Assembly (NCBI GenBank): GCA_950097015.1
Contig: CATNEN010000003.1
Location: forward strand, 8,804,001-8,868,000
Source of the DNA: Macrostomum hystrix
Lineage: Eukaryota; Animalia; Platyhelminthes
Length of the DNA: 64,000 nt
Direction of reading: 5' to 3'
The position numbers and the translations under genes are program-made. The notes beneath the pieces are model-generated. The model was given only the letters and a program-made list of their open reading frames with translations. It was not told the DNA's origin and did not search any database. Positions 48,930 to 61,534 of the stretch are shown here, piece by piece (position 1 is the first letter of the stretch; each line of letters opens with the position of its first letter).

Positions 48930-49920
48930 CTAATGCGAGGATTGGCGCACCGTCCACCTCATTTCACACCCGCAATTTAATGCGAGGATTGGCGCACCCA
49001 CCACCTCATTTCACACCCGCAGTTTAATTCGAGAATTGGCGCACCCTCCACCTCATTTTACACCCGCAGTTTAATGCGAGGATTGGCGCACCCACCACCT
49101 CATTTCACACCCGCAGTTTAATTCGAGAATTGGCGCACCCTCCACCTCATTTCACACCCGCAGTTTAATGCGAGGATTGGCGCACCCTCCACCTCATTTT
49201 ACACCCGCAGTTTAATGCGAGGATTGGCGCACCCTCCACCTCATTTTACACCCGCAGTTTAATTCGAGAATTGGCGCACCCTCCACCTCATTTCACACCC
49301 GCAGTTTAATGCGAGGATTGGCGCACCCTCCACCTCATTTTACACCCGCAGTTTAATTCGAGAATTGGCGCACCCTCCACCTCATTTCACACCCGCAGTT
49401 TAATGCGAGGATTGGCGCACCCTCCACCTCATTTCACACCCGCAGTTTAATGCGAGGATTGGCGCACCCTCCACCTCATTTTACACCCGCAGTTTAATTC
49501 GAGAATTGGCGCACCCTCCACCTCATTTCACACCCGCAGTTTAATGCGAGGATTGGCGCACCCTCCACCTCATTTCACACCCGCAGTTTAATGCGAGGAT
49601 TGGCGCACCCTCCACCTCATTTTACACCCGCAGTTTAATGCGAGGATTGGCGCACCCACCACCTCATTTCACACCCGCAGTTTAATTCGAGAATTGGCGC
49701 ACCCTCCACCTCATTTCACACCCGCAGTTAAATGCGAGGATCGGCGCACCCACCACCTCATTTCACACCCGCAGTTTAATGCGAGGATTGGCGCACCCAC
49801 CACCTCATTTCACACCCGCAGTTTAATGCGAGGATTGGCGCACCCACCACCTCATTTCACACCCGCAGTTTAATTCGAGAATTGGCGCACCCACCACCTC
49901 ATTTTCACCCCAGTTTAGTG
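48930..49920. repeat. 47-bp minisatellite (TTAATGCGAGGATTGGCGCACCCTCCACCTCATTTCACACCCGCAGT)
   Basis: About 21 tandem copies, period 47. Confidence 0.96.
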
Positions 49921-50589
49921 GGAGGAGGATTCCAATCATCAGTCCATTTCACTGAAGCTTATTTCAGTTTAGAGTAAACGACCACAAATTCGCTAGTTTT
50001 GTTTTAAGCCAAAGTAACGCTTTTCTTTTTTGGGATAAGTAACGCAAAGAACATGATTCGTGCATCTTGAAATGGATTGCGCTTATGTTTTTTTCTCTTT
50101 TTTTATAATATTCCTAATTTGTATGTAAAGCCTTATCTTTTAATTGTTTTTTTAATTTGCGTTTCGCTAATTACGAGGTGTGTTGCGTCTAATGTGGTAT
50201 TTAATTTAATACGTAAAATTGAAGCTAAATATAAATTAAAACACACTGTCGCTGCTTTGAACGCATCGCAGCTTCTTTTTTATGCGGGGATAACTCTAGG
50301 TTGCAGAAATTCAGAATTTTCATAAATTCTAAACCATTTCACAGATGTTAAGTTAGGATTAAAAAGACTAGGGCAACATAGTCCTTGAATTTTGTAGGCT
50401 AAAATTTAAGTCAAGAATTAAATATAGGTACAAGCGTATTAGATAATTAAAAATAAAAGTAAATATTTAAACTTCTATGAATAATGCTAATTATACTGAT
50501 GTTTAGCCAGAGCTAACACCCACCTCACTCCTATAGTGTACAATCGCCCCTTGAAATCTTAAAAGTACAAATCAACTCCATAAAATTTA

Positions 50590-51850
50590 TGCTCGCCACT
50601 GCCTCCAACCTCACTCCATCTTTAATGTACATTCGCCACTGACTCCAACCCCACTCCATCTTTAATGTACATTCGCCACTGACTCCAACCCCACTCCATC
50701 TTTAACATACAGTCGCCACTGACTCCAACCCCACTCCATCTTTAATATACAGTCGCCACTGACTCCAACCCCACTCCATCTTTAATGCACAGTCGCCACT
50801 GACTCCAACCCCACTCCATCTTTAATATACAGTCGCCACTGACTCCAACCCCACTCGATCTTTAATATAGTCGCCACTGACCCCAACCCCACTTCATCTT
50901 TAATGCACAGTCGCCACTGACTCCAACCCCACTCCATCTTTAATATACAGTCGCCACTGACTCCAACCCCACTCCATCTTTAATATACAGTCGCCACTGA
51001 CTCCAACCCCACTCCATCTTTAATGCACAGTCGCCACTGACTCCAACCCCACTCCATCTTTAATATACAGTCGCCACTGACTCCAACCCCACTCGATCTT
51101 TAATATAGTCGCCACTGACCCCAACCCCACTTCATCTTTAATGTACATTCGTCACTGACCCCAACCCCACTCCATCTTTAATATACAGTCGCTAATGACT
51201 CCAACCCCACTCCATCTTTAATGTACAGTCGCCACTGACTCCAACCCCACTCCATCTTTAATGTACATTCGTCACTGACCCCAACCCCACTACATCTTTT
51301 ATATACAGTCGCCACTGACTCCAACCCCACTCCATCTTTAATGCACAGTCGCCACTGACTCCAACCCCACTCCATCTTTAATGTACATTCGTCACTGACC
51401 CCAACCCCACTACATCTTTTATATACAGTCGCCACTGACTCCAACCCCACTCCATCTTTAATGCACAGTCGCCACTGACTCCAACCCCACTCCATCTTTA
51501 ATGCACAGTCGCCACTGACTCCAACCCCACTCCATCTTTAATGTACATTCGCCACTGACCCCAACCCCACTCCATCTTTAATATACAGTCGCCGCTGACT
51601 CCAACCCCACTCCATCTTTAATATACAGTCGCCACTGACTCCAACCCCACTCCATCTTTAATATACAGTCGCCACTGACCCCAACCCCACTCCATCTTTA
51701 ATGCACATTCGCCACTGACCCCAACCCCACTCCATCTTTAATGCACAGTCGCCACTGACTCCAACCCCACTCCATCTTTAATGTACATTCGCCACTGACC
51801 CCAACCCCACTCCGTCCTTAATGTACAGTCGCCACTGACTCCAACCCCAA
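50590..51850. repeat. 40-bp minisatellite (GACTCCAACCCCACTCCATCTTTAATATACAGTCGCCACT)
   Basis: About 31 copies; diverged units also at ~52490-52620. Confidence 0.96.
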
Positions 51851-52999
51851 CCTACGAGATTGGAGTTGGATAGGTAGATACGTATACGAGATACGAGACA
51901 CGTCATCAACCCAACTTATTAGTATCTTAATATTAGTCTAAGAATCTTACAGTCTTAGCAAGGTAAATATTCTAAAAAATGACCGAATTTCATCATAAAC
52001 AAAATATCCGTCCTGAATGTTGACATCTTTAAATGCGTGTTTTGAGTAGTATATATTTTTCATATGTACACTCCATTTAAAAAACAGCGCCAGATAAAAT
52101 AGACCGGATTAAACTAGTTTTTTTCCTGTCCTCGTTTGCATTTAAGCCAGTCTTTTTACTCGCAAGTGAGTCTGCTCAAATTTTTCTGCGGCTTAAATTT
52201 GTCGTGCGTGCAAATTTTCTACCAAGTTTTTCTACTTTGATTAGGCATTTCCCTTTCCATTTTTGCCGTCCTATTTTTCGTGTTATTAGTTATTCGTATT
52301 TTTCTTTCATATAAACTGTAAACAGTATATTTACTTCTAATTCTGTTTTTACTTGAATATTTGTGGTTAAAAAATATACTGCAAAAAAAGGTTTTTTGTC
52401 AAGTGTTTATAGTGGTTAAGGGGATTTTCTCAAATTAAATTCTTAATCTTACTTCGTAATTTTCAATTTCTGACAGATTTGTCTGAAATGTACATCTACA
52501 GTCGCCACTGACACCAACCCCAGTGCACTTCAACTGTACTCTCGTCCATGACGCCTACCCCACTCCATAGAAAATGTACATTCCTGCCCGACACCAACCT
52601 CGCTCCAGCAAGTGTACAATTGCCTTTGAACACTTACGTCATCTCGTTAAAAGTACATACTCCACAAATTGTGCATTATGAATGACATGGACTCTAGTGG
52701 TGTGTTTCCCAGGCAAAAGGCTTATTTATTCTTTGCTAAACGAAGCGAGTAGTATATACCTACTGTAGTACGCAGTAGGTATATATATGTATTATACTAG
52801 TTACATAGTGACTACGTCGATCGATTCACGAGTTAATTAAAACTTTCTGCTGTTTGACCCTAGTTTGCTTGAGTGAATCTGGCTGCCTATTAAATTGTTC
52901 AACCACGCGTAGAATACATTCTGGAGGCTGAGTTAAATTTTAATCGCTCAATGCTACTATAAGTAGCGGTGTGATGAATGTATTTTAGATAGATAGCTT

Positions 53000-53660
53000 A
53001 TGCTACCTCTGCATAAGTTAAAAGAAAGTAAGTTTTTTAATATTTATTGCAGTTCTTTTACAATGCAGGAATTCGTAGTTCAATGCAAAGAACTATCTGG
53101 TGCGCTCGTACTTGGCAATGAACTATTAAATGTCCGAGACAAAGGAAGTGATGTAAAGGCCGTCCGTTGGAAAACGCGCTTTGTATGAAAGGAGCCGGGC
53201 TGTTTTCAGTGTGTCAATCATCGACAACTGGTTTTTGTACCAAGCGCATTGTTCAGCAGTAAGAAAAGCTGTCTATTAGACTGTTTTGCTGGGTAAATTT
53301 GCCGAATCGATTTTTTAAAAGCTATCTATGATACGAGACTCTTACATCTTAAACATGACTATTTAAAGCTGTAGATGTCGAGGTTTTCATTCTGCAGACG
53401 ACGCGATCAAAGCTTTTTGGCTAACTAAACTTCCACCGAAGTACAGTGCAAATGCTTTGGAAGAATCATTCCTTAGCGCTGGTTATTTTTGTAGCGAAAT
53501 TGTTACTGCAGGTTCAGCGGTGCTGTGCCACCTCTGTTGAGGCTTATAAACTGATCAGCGGGTATCTCTGCATCAACTCCGAGCATGTAGCAATGGTTGG
53601 ACTGCATTACTTAAATGAGATCGGATGCTCATCAATGCTCATCAACTATAGCTAACTTCA
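53000..53660 (+). pseudogene. Possible decayed hAT transposase fragment
   Basis: DVKAVRWKTRF resembles the hAT 'DV.TRWNS' motif; LWK...AKLLLQV...ATSVE resembles the hAT dimerisation motif. Broken frames. Confidence 0.3.
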
Positions 53661-54308
53661 GAATCCAGACTTGAGAGCTTTCGAAATCAAGTACAAGTTG
53701 CAAGAAAAAATGTTGGACTTTTACACTGTTTAATTAACCGTTTACACTTATTTGACAATCCAAATTGGCGTCGATATTGACGCTGCATAATTGACAATGT
53801 GCACTCGTAAATATTTGAGCTAACAGTCTCCTGCTATAGATGTATCAATGTATCAAAGTGCGCATTAAAAAAAACACAAATCTGGCTTAGATTTTATTAA
53901 ACAAAGTTGGTTTTGCTCGAATTGAGTGTACTTTTATGGTGCCCGACGATGGATTAGCGAAAAACGAACCAAATTTTGTCACCAAAAATGTTTTTCGTTA
54001 ATTAAAACTTTCAGGAAAAATGTCGGTAGTTTTAGAGACATGTTGTGGTGTAAATATGTTTACTTTGACCTCCTCATGCGTGGCTTATCTTTAAATTTAT
54101 CCCAGTATAACACAAGTCTAAAACATAACAAAAAACTCATATAGTTTAAATCCATCGTAACATTTGGACCAATCAGTGCTCCGTCCTAAATGCGCCTGAA
54201 TTACAACATCTCTCAACGAGCTCAAAAGCCCAAACTGGTTTTCTCAGCTGCGACACCAGCAGTTCTATTTGAGATACCGCATTCATAACACCCACTGCAG
54301 TCCTCAGC

Positions 54309-55082
54309 ATGAAACCGAAGGCCAAGTTTCAGAATTTGCTTCTGCTCATTGTTCTACTTCTGATCAGAGCGGCTCTAAATAAGTCGAGCGAGCTTCCCAA
54401 CAATTCACCTGGACACACCTATCACCAGGTGCTCGGTCTTCTCTGCATCCGGCCTGACTTCACAATTATCCTGTCCCTTATCAGTTCCAAGATACTATGC
54501 TCATCGATGTGCAGCAGGGACCAGCGCTGCCAGGCCTTCACAATGGCTGACGGTCCGTGTCAGCTGTTCGTGTTCGACAAGTGCAGCAAGTCGGTGAGGG
54601 ACTGCAGCTGCTCCAGGAGAGGCCAGGTGTTTGTGAAGCAGCAGCCGGGACTCGAGGCTGGCCAGCTGTGTCCGACTGGCTACGGAGACGACCTGTGCGG
54701 AGTGAAGTACAAGGTGCTGCTTCCTAGTAACTGGTCAGTGCAGAGGCAGAGGTGCGAGTCGGAGAGCGGTCTGGTGATCTTCGCCGACATGACGAGCAGC
54801 AGTGAGATGTCTCACATTGGACTCATTTACAGCACGACTGCTGACCGAGTCTCTCTGTGGCTGGGCGGCCTTCAGCCTCCGGGCAGTGCGGAGCCGTCAG
54901 GTGGCTGGTACTGGGTCTCCTGCAACGGCACCTTCGACAGCAGTCTGTGGGCCAGCAATGAACCGGACAACCTTGACGAGGGCAGGGAGGACGCCATATT
55001 TGCTCGCAACAGTCTAGGAGATGCCTGGCAGGCGTACTCGAGAAGAGCTGGCCTGTGCGAGTGTCTGTCACCGTTTGATTAG
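54309..55082 (+). CDS. Secreted PAN/apple + C-type lectin domain protein, intronless, 257 aa
   Basis: Signal peptide (LLLLIVLLLIRAA), PAN-like CSSMCSRDQRCQAF...CQL, CTLD CPTGY...W...C...LWLGG...WYW...W..NEPDN...ED...LCE; AATAAA at ~55262. Confidence 0.8.
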   Translation: MKPKAKFQNLLLLIVLLLIRAALNKSSELPNNSPGHTYHQVLGLLCIRPDFTIILSLISSKILCSSMCSRDQRCQAFTMADGPCQLFVFDKCSKSVRDCSCSRRGQVFVKQQPGLEAGQLCPTGYGDDLCGVKYKVLLPSNWSVQRQRCESESGLVIFADMTSSSEMSHIGLIYSTTADRVSLWLGGLQPPGSAEPSGGWYWVSCNGTFDSSLWASNEPDNLDEGREDAIFARNSLGDAWQAYSRRAGLCECLSPFD

Positions 55083-55289
55083 CGCAGCATGGATACTAGC
55101 ATCTGGCGACTTCCAATTGGAATCAGTCAATCTATAACTAAAGATAATACCTACGAGTATGTAATAGAATTCTCGTTTTCCCAATCAAGTTTTTGTTTCT
55201 AAGAACTTAAAAAAATGTCCGATCGTATGGGATCGTATTTTTTGAGTATCTATGTTTAGGAAATAAATCTAAATCCCATTAAAAAGAGC

Positions 55290-55890
55290 TAGGAAATGAC
55301 CCTGAATCTCATCTTGAGGATCAGGAAATGACCCTGAATCTCATCTTGAAGTGATGGGAAATGACCCTGAATCTCGTCTTGAAGTGATGGGAAATGACCC
55401 TGAATCTCGTCTTGAAGTGATGGGAAATGACCCTGAATCTCGTCTTGAAGTGATGGGAAATGACCCTGAATCTCGTCTTGAAGTGATGGGAAATGACCCT
55501 GAATCTCGTCTTGAAGTGATGGGAAATGACCCTGAATCTCGTCTTGAAGTGATTGGAAATGACCCTGAATCTCGTCTTGAAGTGATGGGAAATGACCCTG
55601 AATCTCATCTTGAGGATTAGGGAATGACCCTGAATCTCATCTTGAGGATTAGGGAATGACCCTGAATCTCATCTTGAGGATTAGGGAATGACCCTGAATC
55701 TCATCTTGAGGATCAGGAAATGACCCTGAATCTCATCTTGAGGATCAGGGAATGACCCTGAATCTCATCTTGAGAATCAGGAAATGACCCTGAATCTCAT
55801 CTTGAGGATAAGGAAATGACCCTGAATCTCATCTTGAGGATCAGGGAATGACCCTGAATCTCATCTTAAGGATCAGGGAATGACCCTAAA
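55290..55890. repeat. 32-33-bp minisatellite (GAAATGACCCTGAATCTCRTCTTGA...)
   Basis: Two sub-arrays of related units. Confidence 0.95.
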
Positions 55891-56547
55891 GTTGCACCAA
55901 GGTCACAGCTGATCAACCGGGCCGCACTTTCAAGTGTCAGAGGCTGTCTTGACCTCTGAGTTGTGCGACAAGACCTGATGAAATTCGCGTTCGCAGCATT
56001 TTGAGAAAGTTATTTAGTTTCAACTAATGTAGGCCCTGAGATAATATTGTTTTTTTTTTTAAAACTATTGCTAAGTGAAAACATCTAGACGACAGTGGCA
56101 AGAGATTCGAACTTCTGATGTCCTGAAGCCCTCCTGGGACATGTGGCAGTACCTCAGTCCATGGACTGAACAGCTGTAACAGTGGCTTTGAATACTTTAG
56201 GCTTTTCGCGAGATCTCTAAAATATTTATAAGACAAGTAGAATTAGTTATGTTAACTGTACTACTAGATTGAATATAAAGTTTGTTAACCTGAATGATTT
56301 TTTCGATAAACATTTTATTTGTTATATTCTCAACTGCAACCGATTCTAAATGAGGAATCGAACAGACACCGGATAAAAAAGGCAACATAAAAAAGCAGAC
56401 AGAATGTTGTCTTGGAAGTGTAATGCTGAGATTTTGTACTTTAGATAAAAATGCTTTTAGCAGATGTAAAGTTAAAATTACGAATATATGCCTATATTGT
56501 TTGAGCAAATCCAGGCTATTGAGGTTTTGACAACAGCATGGGAAAAT

Positions 56548-58298
56548 AGCACACCTGCTCAAATTAAGTCTATGGCTATAGCACACCTGCTCAAATTAAG
56601 CCTATGGCTATAGCACACCTGCTCAAATTAAGCCTATGGCTATAGCACACCTGCTCAAATTAAGCCTATGGCTATAGCACACCTGCTCAAATTAAGTCTA
56701 TGGCTATAGCATACCTGCTCAAATTAAGCCTATGGCTATAGCACACCTGCTCAAATTAAGCCTATGGCTATAGCACACCTGCTCAAATAGAATCTATGGC
56801 TATAGCAAACCTGCTCAAATTAAGTCTATGGCTATAGCACACCTGCTCAAATAGAATCTATGGCTATAGCAAACCTGCTCAAATAGAATCTATGGCTATA
56901 GCAAACCTGCTCAAATAGAATCTATGGCTATAGCAAACCTGCTCAAATAGAATCTATGGCTATAGCACACCTGCTCAAATAGAATCTATGGCTATAGCAC
57001 ACCTGCTCAAATAGAATCTATGGCTATAGCACACCTGCTCAAATAGAATCTATGGCTATAGCAAACCTGCTCAAATAGAATCTATGGCTATAGCACACCT
57101 GCTCAAATAGAATCTATGGCTATAGCACACCTGCTCAAATAGAATCTATGGCTATAGCACACCTGCTCAAATAGAATCTATGGCTATAGCACACCTGCTC
57201 AAATAGAATCTATGGCTATAGCACACCTGCTCAAATAGAATCTATGGCTATAGCAAACCTGCTCAAATAGAATCTATGGCTATAGCACACCTGCTCAAAT
57301 AGAATCTATGGCTATAGCACACCTGCTCAAATAGAATCTATGGCTATAGCAAACCTGCTCAAATAGAATCTATGGCTATAGCAAACCTGCTCAAATAGAA
57401 TCTATGGCTATAGCAAACCTGCTCAAATAGAATCTATGGCTATAGCACACCTGCTCAAATAGAATCTATGGCTATAGCACACCTGCTCAAATAGAATCTA
57501 TGGCTATAGCACACCTGCTCAAATAGAATCTATGGCTATAGCAAACCTGCTCAAATAGAATCTATGGCTATAGCACACCTGCTCAAATAGAATCTATGGC
57601 TATAGCACAAATGCTTAATTGAATCTATGGCTATAGCACACCTGCTCAAATAGAATCTATGGCTATAGCACACCTGCTCAAATAGAATCTATGGCTATAG
57701 CACACCTGCTCAAATAGAATCTATGGCTATAGCACACCTGCTCAAATAGAATCTATGGCTATAGCAAACCTGCTCAAATAGAATCTATGGCTATAGCACA
57801 CCTGCTCAAATAGAATCTATGGCTATAGCACACCTGCTCAAATAGAATCTATGGCTATAGCAAACCTGCTCAAATAGAATCTATGGCTATAGCACACCTG
57901 CTCAAATAGAATCTATGGCTATAGCAAACCTGCTCAAATAGAATCTATGGCTATAGCAAACCTGCTCAAATAGAATCTATGGCTATAGCAAACCTGCTCA
58001 AATAGAATCTATGGCTATAGCACACCTGCTCAAATAGAATCTATGGCTATAGCACACCTGCTCAAATAGAATCTATGGCTATAGCACACCTGCTCAAATA
58101 GAATCTATGGCTATAGCACACCTGCTCAAATAGAATCTATGGCTATAGCAAACCTGCTCAAATAGAATCTATGGCTATAGCAAACCTGCTCAAATAGAAT
58201 CTATGGCTATAGCAAACCTGCTCAAATAGAATCTATGGCTATAGCAAACCTGCTCAAATAGAATCTATGGCTATAGCACAAATGCTTAATTGAATCTT
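56548..58298. repeat. 32-bp satellite (CTATGGCTATAGCACACCTGCTCAAATAGAAT)
   Basis: About 55 copies, period 32. Confidence 0.97.
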
Positions 58299-58424
58299 AG
58301 AAAAAACACTCGTTTGATTGATTCTAGTAACGACTAGCAAATAAAAGAAAAAAATTGTGCCTTACAAATAAAACCCGAGTTGAAAAATAGATTACGGGCT
58401 TTTAGCGGCTATTAGTTCGACAGT

Positions 58425-60466
58425 CTAGTCACAGATTTTTCTGGCCAAACCGGAATCCAGCATTATTTGATTGATCTTATTGCCGACACGTTTCTCCTTA
58501 GGATCGTAACATTTAGGTGTGTAGTACAAGCGCAGATTGTGCAGTCGTTGCTGACAACTATTAGCAGTACTGCTATCGGTGACAGAATTTTTCAGCTGTG
58601 GCGAATCAGTCACAGACATGCAAAATCCGTGTAGCTGACGACCTTTTACAAGCGACAGAAAGTGCTCAGCGGCATCCACCTCCCTGCCTGAGTATGGAGA
58701 GCAGGGTTTGGGGCTGTGTACATTCTGACCCTCTCCCTGTGCCTCAGTCTGTGTACATCTGTGACCCTCTCCCTGTGCCTCAGTCAGTGTACATCTGTGA
58801 CCCTCTCCCTGTGCCTCAGTCTGTGTACATCTGTGACCCTCTCCCTGTGCCTCAGTCTGTGTACATCTGTGACCCTCTCCCTGTGCCTCAGTCTGTGTAC
58901 ATCTGTGACCCTCTCCCTGTGCCTCAGTCTGTGTACATCTGTGACCCTCTCCCTGTGCCTCAGTCTGTGTACATCTGTGACCCTCTCCCTGTGCCTCAGT
59001 CTGTGTACATCTGTGACCCTCTCCCTGTGCCTCAGTCTGTGTACATCTGTGACCCTCTCCCTGTGCCTCAGTCTGTGTACATCTGTGACCCTCTCCCTGT
59101 GCCTCAGTCAGTGTACATCTGTGACCCTCTCCCTGTGCCTCAGTCTGTGTACATCTGTGACCCTCTCCCTGTGCCTCAGTCTGTGTACATCTGTGACCCT
59201 CTCCCTGTGCCTCAGTCAGTGTACATCTGTGACCCTCTCCCTGTGCCTCAGTCTGTGTACATCTGTGACCCTCTCCCTGTGCCTCAGTCTGTGTACATCT
59301 GTGACCCTCTCCCTGTGCCTCAGTCTGTGTACATCTGTGACCCTCTCCCTGTGCCTCAGTCTGTGTACATCTGTGACCCTCTCCCTGTGCCTCAGTCTGT
59401 GTACATCTGTGACCCTCTCCCTGTGCCTCAGTCAGTGTACATCTGTGACCCTCTCCCTGTGCCTCAGTCAGTGTACATCTGTGACCCTCTCCCTGTGCCT
59501 CAGTCTGTGTACATCTGTGACCCTCTCCCTGTGCCTCAGTCTGTGTACATCTGTGACCCTCTCCCTGTGCCTCAGTCTGTGTACATCTGTGACCCTCTCC
59601 CTGTGCCTCAGTCTGTGTACATCTGTGACCCTCTCCCTGTGCCTCAGTCTGTGTACATCTGTGACCCTCTCCCTGTGCCTCAGTCTGTGTACATCTGTGA
59701 CCCTCTCCCTGTGCCTCAGTCAGTGTACATCTGTGACCCTCTCCCTGTGCCTCAGTCTGTGTACATCTGTGACCCTCTCCCTGTGTCTCAGTCTGTGTAC
59801 ATCTGTGACCCTCTCCCTGTGCCTCAGTCTGTGTACATCTGTGACCCTCTCCCTGTGCCTCAGTCTGTGTACATCTGTGACCCTCTCCCTGTGCCTCAGT
59901 CTGTGTACATCTGTGACCCTCTCCCTGTGCCTCAGTCTGTGTACATCTGTGACCCTCTCATTGTGCCTCAGGGCGGCCCCAGTCTATGGCTTGAACAGCA
60001 GCTAAATTTTCTTAGATCAGTACTCAGTAGGCTTTCATTGATTTAGCCATAAACAATCACCTTCCACAGCAACCAGCGAATCCAAGTTGCCAACCCTAGC
60101 CGCTGCTGGCAGTCGTTGAAAGGCGGGCGGCAGGTTGGCAACCAGCTCCCTACTGGCCGCTGGCAAGCGGACACATTCACCAAAGTCCAACAGTCGATAA
60201 CTAGCCCACTGATTGTCCAGCATTTCCAGCCTACTGCGATACCATTCGCCGTAGCATTTCACAGCATACAGCCTGTCTGGCTGCAGTCGAGGCGGGCAGA
60301 TCAGGCAGGCGCCCCTGTGAGACTCGTAGCAGGCCATCATGTCGCGCATGAGACAGTCAAGTTGAGCATAGTCGGACTCCAGGGCGAAGCCGTTAAATGT
60401 CAGCATCGTCGAAATATTCAACGATTCTGCTTGAAGAGCCTGCATGGTGACATGTACAACTAGCAT
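58425..60466 (-). CDS. Extended Tudor domain protein B. Exons 60466-60061 and 58687-58425 (~222 aa)
   Basis: LDCLMRDM...LYAVKCYGEWYRSRL...LLDFGE...LPPAFQRLPAAARVGNL, then INQIMLDSGLA. Phase-1 intron G|GTGATT...CTCAG|GC. Confidence 0.82.
58715..59970. repeat. 36-bp minisatellite (GTGTACATCTGTGACCCTCTCCCTGTGCCTCAGTCT) in Tudor B intron
   Basis: About 35 near-identical copies. Confidence 0.97.
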
Positions 60467-60613
60467 AGCTTTGTTAAACCTCTATGGGGAATACATTACT
60501 CGTATTGGTTCAATAAAATAATTTACAATATAATTAAAACAATCATGCCGATTTAGTTGAATATTTTCGGATATATTTGTGACTGTTAATTAATGGCGAA
60601 TATTAGGGTTTTA

Positions 60614-61032
60614 CCCTGTAAAAAATTCGGCTGCTTCTTCGGCGGGTTTTTTGTGCAAAATAGGAGTGGAATCTACCAAAATCCCCCCTATCTCGCAAGA
60701 GTTAGAGGAACCACCCAGGAAGCAGCCGATGTAACCGTAAATTGTGCGGAAACCGCCGAAGAATCACCCGAACCAGTGGCCCATGGGACAACCAGAGAAT
60801 TATTTACGAGCGATTCCTCCGCGGTTTCTGAGCATGGAATCTTCCGAACTGGAGGATTCTTTGGGTGATTCCATTTCGCCACCAAGAAGCACCGAGAAAA
60901 CGCCCAGTTGGGTAGATTCTAAGCATGGAATCATCCGATTGGTATATTTCCAGCGTTCGGCTGTTTCTTTTTCTGGAAACACCGCAGATTCCAACTGGAA
61001 TCACCCAAAGAAACGTCCCTATTTTTAGCGGG
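60614..61032. mobile_element. MITE (CMC/EnSpm-like) between the Tudor genes
   Basis: Termini CCCTGTAAAAA ... TTTTTAGCGGG flanked by TA on both sides; internal inverted/direct repeats (TGGAATCACCCAAAGAA, TCGGCTGCTTC, AGCATGGAATC). Confidence 0.6.
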
Positions 61033-61534
61033 TATGTACACATTCATTTGGGGCTAATCCGCGGAGAGAAGGCTTGGCGGCTCGTCTTGCAATTTACGCC
61101 CTTGAGGGCCAACCTAAAAGACAGTGAGAATTCAATTCTTTGTTAATAAGTTTGAACGGACCGATTTTAAAGAATTAAGAATGGAACAGAAAAGGAAGCA
61201 AAGGTTTAAGCCAAAACAGCTAGATTTTTTATTATCTAAAACCAAATTGAAAATCGTGTTTTTTCTAAAAGTACAAACGGACAACAAACGGACAAACGGA
61301 CAGCTGCAGGATTATGTACGAGCTGCTGAATCTGGCGTTTCGATTGGGTAAATTGTTGAAAATTGAGATAACATGGATACTGATTGATCCGTGAAGTGGT
61401 ACTTTAAGAGAATTGCGGGAGTTATAAAGCAAAACTTTACTGACTTTAGAATCGATTGATCCAAACCATTTTATTAAAAAAAAGACGTTAAAATCCTAAT
61501 AAAGATATGAAAAAGCTTGGCAATACATATCGGC

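Noticed and set aside
48930-58298. CRISPR-like appearance of 32-47 bp repeats
   Set aside because: Head-to-tail repeats with no unique spacers, no cas genes, eukaryotic context.
58598-60046. 482-aa and 429-aa repeat ORFs
   Set aside because: A 36-bp satellite antisense within the Tudor B intron.
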